Source of the DNA: Octopus sinensis
Lineage: Eukaryota
Assembly: GCF_006345805.1 (NCBI RefSeq)
Contig: NC_042997.1
Span: 23,436,001 to 23,500,000 of the forward strand
Length of the DNA stretch: 64,000 nt
Direction of reading: 5' to 3'
The notes beneath the pieces were generated by a model. That model worked only from the letters and a program-made list of their open reading frames with translations. It was not told the origin of the DNA and did not search any database. Position 1 is the first letter of the stretch. Every line of letters begins with the position of its first letter. Made by a program: the position numbers and the translations under genes. Positions 52,772 to 63,237 of this stretch are shown piece by piece.

Positions 52772-53287
52772 ATCTATATATATAAAACTGTAGTTGTGTG
52801 AGTGTCTGTCCCCTTCGATTTAGATTCCTAACTACTCCCACATTTTGCGGTGCAGTTTAACCAAATTCGGGTATCTTATAGTCGTGATTCATATCGAGCC
52901 CGTCTGGGCTATTAGCGCGCGTCTACGATGAGTCTACGATTTTAAAAATAATTTAACATCATTTTTTATTCCATTTTAATGCATAATTTTTCGTGTGTCG
53001 ATAGCGGCGGAGTTGGCGTCCGTGGTCACACCTGCACCTGTTTGCTTCTCCCCCTTCTTCCCTCCCTCGTGAAGCTGTGGGGAAGGGAATGTAAGGAAAT
53101 CAACGTCGTAAAGCGTTGTCAAGGAGACCAGCGTTCTTTTAGAACAACGACTTCATGGCTTGAAGACACCAAAACAGAAATGGCTAAGAAAGCCCGAATT
53201 GGCATCTATAAGGGAAGTAACTCTCTAAAAATGCTTATATAGTTATTTCCCTTACAAACCCGAGCAACGCCGGGCGATACTGCTAGT
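52772..53287 (-). mobile_element. Helentron-type non-autonomous element, subfamily 2
   Basis: Same termini as 30378-30776 but a different middle. A near-identical inverted copy lies at 59243-59754. Confidence 0.8.
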
Positions 53288-53394
53288 ATTCTATAATACA
53301 GAAAAGATATAACCTAGTTTTATTCAACTCAACAGAAATAAGTTCTGGAAATGTTTATGCTTGTATATGTACATATATGCATATATATAACGGG

Positions 53395-53597
53395 AAGCTT
53401 TATGAAAATAAACAAAAGACGAAGGCAGGTGGAAAACAAAGGAACAATTGTATTAGTATGGCGCTCAGGAAATATAAATAAAACAAGTCTTTAACGTTTC
53501 GAGCCTACGCTCTTCAACAGAAAGATACACAGAGAGAGAAAAACACAGAAAGAAGGAGAGAAAAAAAATGCGTGCAGTAGCTAACGAATCAACATGG

Positions 53598-53600
<3 letters not shown>
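53395..53600 (-). mobile_element. Penelope-like terminal repeat, variant hammerhead-like motif (53493-53520)
   Basis: CTGTTGA-A-GAGC(GTAG)GCTC-GAA-ACGT-T; same family as 10727-10762. Confidence 0.5.
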
Positions 53601-53630
<30 letters not shown>

Positions 53631-55539
53631 TCTTTCTCTCTCTCTCTCTTTCTCAGTCTATCTATCTATCTATATCATCATCATCATCCTTTAATATTTG
53701 TTTTCCATGCTGACATGGATTGGATGATTTGACCAGAGCTGGGAAGCTGCGCTAGTTTCCAGTTGGTTTGGCTTCATCTCTACAGTTGGATGCCCTTCTT
53801 AATGCCAGACACTTTACAGTGTGTGCAGGGTGCTTTTAATGTGGCAATGGCACAAGCGCTTTTACATGACACTGAGATGAGTGTTTTTTACATGACACTA
53901 GCACAGGCCAAGCCTTTTCACCAGGGGGAGTAACCTTAACACTTCTGCTCTAGAGGTTAGGTCTTTTTGAGCTCATGGCAATGCACAACTGGGCCCTTTG
54001 CTCAATTTCCCCTTTAAGACACCGCTACCCCACTTCATCTCTCTAACTAGAACTTTCCCTTGATAGCTCTAATCTTTCTAACTACTTGGAACCATTTCAC
54101 TTGTTATATATCCTTCATCCTTAATACTGTCTCCACCCCAACTTTATAGTGATTGTCCCCCCACCCCCCACCCCAGCTACCAAATCATTTCACCTTCTCT
54201 ACTAACATCTCTCAACCCTTTGGTGCACTATGTTAGCTTCTCTCCCCTTCTCCACACTCTCTCAAAGTACCCAACTACTAATCTCTTTCTCATTCTTTTT
54301 CTGTCTACAGCATTATCATTACTATTCTGCTACTCTTCACCCTTATGAATCATTGGTCACCCCTGCTTCTTATCCACCATGCACTTTAACCATTCCTCTA
54401 ACTTATCCAATATCTATAGTTGTCACCTACTCTTCCCTACCTCTCCTATTTATTATCTATTCAACACACCCCATTCTCTCACTCTTCCTTACACTCGTAT
54501 GATATCTTCCCACACACAATCCTGATTATTCTGTTCGAATTTACTTCTACTCACCTTATAACTTGAGGGTTCACACAGAGATCTCATCCTCACAATTTTA
54601 CATCTTCTCCACTGTGTGATCACTCTACTGTGTCATGTAGCCCCTTTACAACAAGAAACTTGTTCTACTCTGGCATCTGCTTTCATACAGCATCTCCTAG
54701 CAAAAGCTTCCCTTCTTGGGGTTTTCAGTCTTGCAAGTTGCACAGTGACCTGATCAATGCTGGTAACATGAAAAATGCACCCAGCACATACTATAATGTG
54801 ATTAACATTGGGAAGGACATTCAGATATAGAAATGCAGCCACTGTAGAGAGTGGATCATGATGCAGTCCTTAGGCATTATGGACCCTCTCAAACTGTCCA
54901 ACCATTTCAGCATGGAACATTGACATTAAATGATGATGATGATGATGATGATGAAAGAAAAATAGTTTGTATAGCAAATAATGTCAGCTGTTGTATTCAC
55001 AAATTTCATAAATGCTAAGTCTTACAATTCCTAATGATAATTCATGGTTAACTTTTTCTTCTCCCCGATCCAAGCCTACTCAATTTCCCTGCCTTTCATT
55101 CTCTGGTCAGCCTTGTTATGTCTCTTTCCAAACCTTATACTAAGCACATTACCTAATCATTCTTATGGAACTCCCTCCCTGTCCATGTTGCATTATGGTA
55201 TTTCATTACACAAAAGAATGATGACTCACTACCAACAGATCTGAAACAAGAATACAAGGAAATTTCCCTTAAGCAGCCACAGTACAGATTGTGCTGGAAT
55301 AGATTTACCCAACCTTAAAATCTTTCCCCTCTACAAGTACTCAGACTCTTTCACCCAACAACAGAGAGTATATAAGGAAAAACAATTCATAAACAAATTA
55401 CAATTAAATATGGAAGCATCAACCATTAATCAATAAATAAGGAGGTCAACTTTGCTTTTCATCCTGATATGAAATTGACTATTATATAAATAAATTGATT
55501 TTTTTCTGTGTGGGGTGGTAGGAGGTGTGCTCTTCTCAT

Positions 55540-55760
55540 TTTGCTTGTGATAGGGTCTGTATGTACCAGAGCCTAGATCTAGGGTAACATCCAGGAAATC
55601 TACTGTAGTGAGATTAGTCTCAGTGGTGATCTTGAGTCCCGTTGAGCCTAAGGTGCTCCTCTAGAGATGGCTAGGACGTCATCTCTGTAAAGGCCAAAGA
55701 GGATGAAGGAAACCTCTTTCCTAAGATGTCCAGGATGTACAATCCAATAAGATCACAGGG
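55540..55760 (-). mobile_element. Penelope-like RT fragment with an internal deletion
   Basis: GLYRDDVLA and GLKITTETNLTTVDFLDVTLDL..GTYRPY; homologous to 39130-39370. Confidence 0.75.
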
Positions 55761-56294
55761 GATGAGTTCCTTTCACGGAGGCAAAGTGGCTGAGTTCCGT
55801 TTGAATGTTGGGTCTCACTGTGACATTGACTGAGACCTTTTTCATTATGTCATGCTTGAGAAGAAGACCCATCAAGCTGAGCAAAATTGCAGTCATGGTA
55901 GATACTGGTGTCATGGAAATGGCACCCGTACCAGTGACATGTAAAAGCATCCATTACAATCTCAGAGTGGTTGGCTTTAGGATGGGCATTCAGCTGTTGA
56001 AAACCATGCCAAATCAGACTGGGGTCTGGTACCGCCTTCCAGCTTACCAGCCTTCCAACCCATGCCAGCATGGACAATGAACAATAAATGATGATGATGA
56101 TGACGATGATATATATCATTTTTTTAAAAAAAAACATAAATCCGGAGAAGCACAATCAAGGAAGTCATGCAGTCTATATTAATTACTGGGGAAGGCCACA
56201 GGCCAGCAGGTCTTAGTGTCTCAAGATATTCCATAAAGGTACCCTTTATGGCGAGAAACCCAAGGAAAAATCTATAAACTGGCCCTCACCAGTC

Positions 56295-56330
<36 letters not shown>

Positions 56331-56337
<7 letters not shown>

Positions 56338-56609
56338 CATACACCCAGTTAGTGTTAACTGTCAGAAAAAAGGGTACTCAATATCATAGCAGAGATTTAT
56401 AATATATATTTTATTTTGGTAGAGTCAGTCTCTTGCTACTCTGAGTTTTACCTGTTGATGCAATGATCTTCAGGTGTTTCATCTGAAGGTGAAACTCAAA
56501 GTAGCAAGTTACTGATTCAAGCAAAATAATATATGTATATGTGCATTTCCCCATCACATATATAATGAAGACCACATGGTTGGGAAGTAAGCTTCTTACT
56601 CTCACAGCC

Positions 56610-56651
<42 letters not shown>

Positions 56652-56926
56652 CATACACCCAGTTAGTGTTAACTGTCAGAAAAAAGGGTACTCAATATCA
56701 TAGCAGAGATTTATAATATATATTTTATTTTGGTAGAGTCAGTCTCTTGCTACTCTGAGTTTTACCTGTTGATGCAATGATCTTCAGGTGTTTCATCTGA
56801 AGGTGAAACTCAAAGTAGCAAGTTACTGATTCAAGCAAAATAATATATGTATATGTGCATTTCCCCATCACATATATAATGAAGACCACATGGTTGGGAA
56901 GTAAGCTTCTTACTCTCACAGCCACA

Positions 56927-56927
<1 letters not shown>
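56331..56927 (+). repeat. 314-bp-period tandem duplication bounded by (AT)n
   Basis: The 283-bp non-microsatellite unit at 56331-56613 is repeated with no visible difference at 56645-56927; the ORF track also shows two identical ORFs 314 bp apart. Confidence 0.92.
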
Positions 56928-56992
<65 letters not shown>

Positions 56993-57019
56993 TAGACAGA
57001 ATGTGATAGCAAATCCTAG

Positions 57020-57400
57020 GCTGTGAGGAGTTTTCAGGACATTTATAATGAAATAGTCTTACAGCTGTTTCTGGGATATTATGGATTCCCTTCATCAGAG
57101 ACGGTGTGAGAAAATATTTGAGTTCGAATTATTGTGGAAAAGGAGGAGACAGGGAATATAGAGGGAAATAAGATCTATAAAGATATTGTAACTGCAGTTT
57201 CATTATTTGAGGAAAACGGTGTATAGAAGTGGTAAAAAAAGTTTCCTGTACATGGTATGTAAGTTGCAGTAGCAGTTCATGTTTAATCATTTCAAAGTAT
57301 GGAGCTGTGGAATCAATGATGCTCGTTCGAAAGGGTTTTGTGATGTGAATGAAATTTTGAGAATGTATTGGTAGTATTTATGGATCGACGGAGGGAGGAG
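57020..57400 (-). mobile_element. Degenerate 3' end of a Penelope-like element
   Basis: ERASLIPQLHTLK*LN resembles the end of a PLE GIY-YIG domain and lies ~200 nt upstream of a hammerhead motif. Confidence 0.5.
57056..57102 (-). ncRNA. Type I hammerhead ribozyme motif with palindromic stem III
   Basis: Minus strand reads GTCT-CTGATGA-A-GGGA(ATCCATAATA)TCCC-A-GAA-ACAGCTGT-A-AGAC. Stem I GTCT/AGAC is perfect, the core is intact, and the cleavage triplet is GUA. Confidence 0.7.
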
Positions 57401-58161
57401 AGATGTGTATGATTAGAAAGAGGAGATAGGTCAAATTTAAAACAGGAAGAGAAACTGAGATGAAGAAAGAGAAAAAAAAGAAAATGGGGAGAGAAAAAAT
57501 AAAGAGTGAAAAAAAGGGTGAAGGAAGTGAGAAAGAGAGTGTTAGTTGGTGGTCAAGATGATGTGATGGGAGAGGTGTAGGGAGGGATAGGAAAAGATGA
57601 GAAGGTAAGGAGTAAAAGAATGGGAAATATGTGAGTAGGGGTGATATGACTTAAGGGATGCATTAAGGGATGGGTAGAGAGAAGGTATGGGGGTGTGATA
57701 CCGAACTGAGTAGTAGTTTTGGTTGTAAAATTTGAGGTGGAGGGAAGAATATAAGGATCTCAAATTACTATAAATAGATGTATGTGATAGGTAGGAAAAG
57801 AAAGGAGGAAAGACGGTATAATGGCATATGCACGCATGCATTCACATATATACAGACACATGCATATGCCTATACATACACACGCATATATACACATGCA
57901 TGCTCACGCGCATCCGTAGATGTATTCATACATGCATATGCATACGCATACACGTATATATACATGCACACGCACATATGGGCTTGCTGGTGCACATGCA
58001 TGCATGCAGGTACTTAAGTATACATATATACATATATACACACTCATTCATATATATTTATATACACATATGCACGTATACACACATACATACGCACATA
58101 TCTATATATATGTATATACATACATATATATGTATGTGTATGTATGTATATATATATATCT

Positions 58162-58551
58162 TCTTTATATATAAAAGAGAGGTTGTGTGCTGTCTGTCTC
58201 CTACGAATTAGATTCCTAACTACTCCCACATTTTGCGGTGCAGTTTAACCGGGTATCTTATAGTCGTGATTCATATCGAGCCCTTCTGGGTATTAGCGCG
58301 CGTCTACGATGAGTCTGGATTTAAAAAAAAAATTTACCATCAATTTTTCCCATTTTTAATGCATTTTTGGCATATATAAGGGAAGTAACTCTCTAAAAAT
58401 TTATTATTACATCTCAGAACGTAAAAAGCTACAGTAACCCCCCCCCTTGTGGTTAGCCATATTGAGATGGCTATTATACTTTACATTTCTAAAAATGCTT
58501 ATATAGTTATTTCCCTTACAAATCCGAGCAACGCCGGGCGATACTGCTAGT
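58162..58551 (-). mobile_element. Helentron-type non-autonomous element, subfamily 1, inside (TA)n
   Basis: Reverse complement of 30378-30776. Confidence 0.8.
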
Positions 58552-59070
58552 ATATATATATATATGATCTGAATGATATGATATATATGTAAAAAATGTA
58601 ATATATAAATAAATATCTATAAATATGAACCATCCAATCTGATTACCTCATTTTTTCTAATATATAATACCTGTACATCATCTCCAAACCTTCCAATATA
58701 TATATATATATACATATTATTTGTATATATCATGCCTTAGTGGTACATTTGCCATTGAATTTGAACACAAATATAGTCGTTCAAATAGAGTTGTAAAAAT
58801 GGTAAAAAGTGATACAGTAGCATTAAGAACATATGAAATTATTAATGAGTTTTATGCCAATCCATTTTAATACAACCAATAATACATAGGCAGAACTTTA
58901 TAGTGTGTGCAGAATTTATTGATAAGTTGAAGCAAAGAATAATACAGAAATTTCATGCTATTGGTTTAGATTAGTGGTTCTCGGTCATTTTTTTTCATCT
59001 ATGGATCACTTTGATTCTCATTTTACTCATGTGGACCCTTATAGCTATTCAATGTTTAAAAAGATCGCAT

Positions 59071-59210
59071 AGGCACAGGCGTGGTTGTGTGGTAAGAAAC
59101 TTGCTCCACAACCACATGGTTCTGGGTTCAGTCCCACTGCATGGCAAGTGTCTTCTACTATGGCCTCAGATTGATCAAAGCCTTGTGAGATGGAAACTGG
59201 AAGAAGCCCG

Positions 59211-59244
<34 letters not shown>

Positions 59245-59752
59245 TAGCAGTATCGCCCGGCGTTGCTCGGGTTTGTAAGGGAAATAACTATATAAGCATT
59301 TTTAGAGACTTACTTCCCTTATAGATGCCAATTCGGGCTTTCTTAGCCATTTCTGTTTTGGTGTCTTCAAGCCATGAAGTCGTTGTTCTAAAAGAATGCT
59401 GGTCTCCTTGACAACGCTTTACGACGTTGATTTCTTTACACTCCCTTCCCCACAGCGTCACGAGGGAGGGAAGGGGGAGAAGCAAACAGGTGCAGCTGTG
59501 AGCGTGGACGCCAACTCCGCCGCCATCGACACACGAAAGATTATGCATTAAAATGGAATAAAAAATGATGTTAAATTATTTTTAAAATCGTAGACTCATC
59601 GTTGACGCGCGCTAATAGCCAGACGGGCTCGATATGAATCACGACTATAAGATACCCGAATTTGGTTAAACTGCACCGTAATTTGTGGGAGGAGTTAGGA
59701 ATCTAAATCGAAGGGGACAGACACTCACACAACTAGAGTTTGATATATATAG

Positions 59753-59798
<46 letters not shown>

Positions 59799-59995
59799 CT
59801 TTGTGTCTGCGTTTGTTCCCCACCACCGCTTCACAACCGATGTTGACGTGTTTACGTCAAAAAAGTCCGATAGAATAAGTACCAGGCTTAACAAATAAAT
59901 AAATAAATAAAAATAAGTACTGAGGTCAATTCATTCGACTAGAAATTCATCAGCATGGCCGCAGTCTAATAATTTAAATAAGTAAAAGATAAAAT
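59071..59995 (+). mobile_element. Family B SINE split at its internal (TA)n
   Basis: The 5' half is at 59071-59215 and the 3' half at ~59780-59995. Confidence 0.8.
59243..59754 (+). mobile_element. Helentron-type non-autonomous element, subfamily 2, inserted in the SINE's (TA)n
   Basis: ACTAGCAGTATCGCCCGGCG...GATATATATAGAT, flanked by TA repeats. Confidence 0.82.
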
Positions 59996-60650
59996 ATTTT
60001 TATGAGTAAATATTATTAGGAATTGTACTAAAAGTGTTTAGTTACAAAGAAATTATTAAAAAAATGTGCCGGTCAAAACGAAAAGATCCAAAATTTGTTG
60101 AAATATTGTGTATTGTAGAAGTATAAAAAAATTATCGCACATATATTTTAACAAAATTTTACACGGACACCCCCACCCCCATCCCCACCCCAAGGGTCAT
60201 ATGGACCCTGGTTGAGAACCGCTAGTTTAGACGATCTGGAAGGAACAATGAATAATATATCCCAAGATGAGCTGACTCTAAAGAAAGAAAATCATTTTGA
60301 ACGTTTGTTATAAATTATCCAATCAATTTCAAATAAAATCGTTGTTCAGTTTAAATATACCGTCACATAATTGGCTTATTTTGTGAGTGTATATGTCAAT
60401 ATGTAAATCCTGAGGTGTAAATTTAGAGTACGAGTCACATGTGTCTATAATATAGTAATTATGTTCTTCCATACTTTTCGTTATACAATACACAAATCGC
60501 CCGCTATACGCTTTCTCGCAGATTCAAGTTACGACTGTAAGACGGCAGAAGCTTATAGGTGCGCATGTTTTGATTCAGTTTGATTGAAGTGATTCGTTTA
60601 GTTTTGACATTAATCATATGCTTTGTAATATTAGGGATGTTTTTAGTTTC

Positions 60651-60668
60651 ATGGCGGCCGTAAAGTAA
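60651..60668 (+). promoter_or_regulatory. Out-of-frame upstream ORF (MAAVK*) ending 2 nt before the SHPK ATG
   Basis: ATGGCGGCCGTAAAGTAA-AG-ATG. It matters only if the TSS lies upstream of 60651. Confidence 0.4.
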
Positions 60669-60670
60669 AG

Positions 60671-61434
60671 ATGCCTGAACCTGATGTGAATAAAGCTACC
60701 TTTTCGATTAGCGGCACTTGCAATATGAACCCTGGCAGCCGGCTATTGAATTGTGCTGCGGCCACTTCATCAACAACACATAAGCCTACGGCTTACAAAA
60801 AAGATTCGACTTCAAGACTTGTCCTTAGTATTGATCTGGGCACTACTTCCATAAAAATAGCCCTTGTAGATAGCATCACCAAAAAACCTCTCAAGACTGC
60901 TGCTCAAGTTACCAAAGCCGATATTGAAAGTCAAATTGGACTAGATGGTTGCGAGCAGAACCCTGTACAGATCCTTCATGTACTTCATCAATGTATATCA
61001 ACCTTCGACAAGGAACATTTGAGCCGAGTGGTTTGTTTAGCAATCACAGGACAGATGCATGGGGTTATGTTATGGCGGAGTGAGGAGACTTCTAAGAAAG
61101 AACTATCAAGTTTCGGATCTTCGTCTCACAAATGGAATAAACAAGAACCCAGTCAACTCATTACATGGCGAGACCAACGCTGTAAAACAAAATTTTTAGC
61201 TTGTTTACCACCAGCAGACTCACACCTTAGATTAGCCACGGGCCATGGTTGTGCCACATTATTCTGGATGGCCCGACATCAACGTGATTTTCTTAAGCGC
61301 TTTGATTGTGCTGGAACTATAATGGACTACCTTGTTTCACTTCTTTGCGGCCTTACTCATCCTGTTATGTCACCTCAAATAGCAGCCAGCTGGGGCTACT
61401 TCAATACTGAGAATGTATCTTGGAATTCTGGAAT
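60671..61434 (+). CDS. SHPK: Sedoheptulokinase (FGGY carbohydrate kinase), first coding exon
   Basis: IDLGTTSIK, EQNPVQIL..LHQC, ITGQMHGVMLW, LITWRDQRC...LPPADSHL..ATGHGCATLFW, AGTIMDY.V..LCGL..P.MSPQ.AASWGYFN..SWN follow the SHPK pattern residue by residue. A phase-2 donor GGAAT|GTAAGT lies at 61434/61435. Later exons were not found in the window. Confidence 0.92.
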
Positions 61435-62392
61435 GTAAGTTAATTCACTTTATAAGTACTGCACATGCATTTCATGCTAGCTGTAATTAAAGAGAAAAGT
61501 GCTTGTGTTACATATTTTGGTGCCTTCAGTTAATTATATCCGAGTGCATGTGTATCACTGAATGTATGTTTACACACAAATAACACATTTTTCCGACACG
61601 TTTTTTCTAGTACGGTAGAATAATATTATTATTTTTTTTTTTTGTTGCCTGTAGACCTCTGATTTCTATTTTACTCTGATGGACCCTGACATTAAAAAAG
61701 AAACCCTATTGTATTTTTATAATTGGGTTAATGTTGCAAAATTCACACGATCCGATTTTACCCTCATAGATTACGATTATAAAGAAATTTGTAGGGAAAA
61801 TGTTTTCCGAAAGGGTGGGGAGAGGATTTTGGGAAAATTCACACGATCCGATTTTTTCTCTCCTAACTTTCAGGAAAATGTGTATCTTTTGATGAAAGTT
61901 TATACAAATATCTTTCAAATGGCATAGATTACGATCATAAAGAAATCTGTGAGGAAAATCTTTTCCGTGGGGTAGGGAGAAAAGTTTCGAAAAAACAGAG
62001 TTTCGGATTAGGAAGATCACATACGTTCATTTTTTTACTCTCCTCATCCCACCTGCGGACCAATTTTGGCCCTTAAAAAGTAGGGGTAAAAAAAAAAGTC
62101 AACATTTTCAGAGGAAAAAGTGTGATCTAGGAGATTTGGCTGCTGTTTCTTGCATAACCCAGAACAACCTTCTCGTTTCCTTCTCACTCTCGCATATATT
62201 GATGTTTTTCAATATTTTTCTCCCCATAAACACATGCTATAGAAAAAAAATTGATAAATTTATGATTTTTTTTATCAACCCCTAATTGTTTCTGTTTATA
62301 ATTTAAAATATTGGAGAGCTTGAGGTTATTTTTTGTATTTATCAACAGTGATTTTTAAAAAATAGGTACAGCATACATTTCTGTTAGAAAAT

Positions 62393-63237
62393 GTTTCGTC
62401 GATGATTTCCGTAAAAAAACTTTTATTTTTTTACATATGGGTTTGCGGGAACATTTGAAGTAATGAGAGCGAAAGAGACTAAGAGGAAGCGATTTTATGA
62501 CGAGGGAATTTGTTTTGAAGTCCCCGAAGCATTGATGTACATGTGTGTGTGTGTTTGATGGGGTGTGGGAGACAGACAGTATGTTGTGTAAGTGAAGTGC
62601 TTCTGTTAGTGTGTGTGAAGAGACAGAGTAATGTGTGAAAGAGAGAGATAACTGAAATTTTTTACTCGGTGTATGTGTATATGTATGTCTGCATGTATGT
62701 GTGTGTGTATGTATCTATGTATGTGTGTGTGTATGTATCTATGTATGTGTGTGTGTATGTATGTATGTATGGCCGATTCAGTGTACACTGAATCGGCCAT
62801 ACATACACACATACACCGAGTAAATAATTACACTGAATCGGCCATACATACATACATACATACACACACACATACATAGATACATACACACACACATACA
62901 TAGATACATACACACACACACATACATAGATACATACATACATATACACATACACCGAGTAAAAAATTTCAGTTATCTCTTTCTTTCACACATTACTCTG
63001 TCTCTTCACACACACTAACAGAAGCACTTCACTTACACAACATACTGTCTGTCTCCCACACCCCATCAAACACACACACACACACACATGTACATCAATG
63101 CTTCGGGGACTTCAAAACAAATTCCCTCGTCATAAAATCGCTTCCTCTTAGTCTCTTTCGCTCTCATTACTTCAAATGCTTCCGCAAACCCATATGTAAA
63201 AAAATAAAAGTTTTTTACGGAAATCATCGACGGAAAC
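62393..63237. repeat. ~850-bp palindrome with no central spacer (axis 62784/62785)
   Basis: GTTTCGTCGATGATTTCCG...GGCCGATTCAGTGT|ACACTGAATCGGCC...CGGAAATCATCGACGGAAAC. The arms differ by a few substitutions and by microsatellite length. Confidence 0.93.

Larger units (their letters stand above)
58972..60224. mobile_element. hAT(Charlie)-like MITE carrying nested insertions
   Basis: TIRs are TAGTGGTTCTC (left) and GAGAACCGCTA (right). The 8-bp TSD is GTTTAGAT (58964-58971) / GTTTAGAC (60225-60232). Confidence 0.75.

Noticed and set aside
61679-62020. ORFs 61679-61927 and 61706-62020 as SHPK exon 2
   Set aside because: No similarity to the expected continuation (L...GFP..LLP). The region is a partly duplicated ~95-bp repeat, probably of transposon origin.
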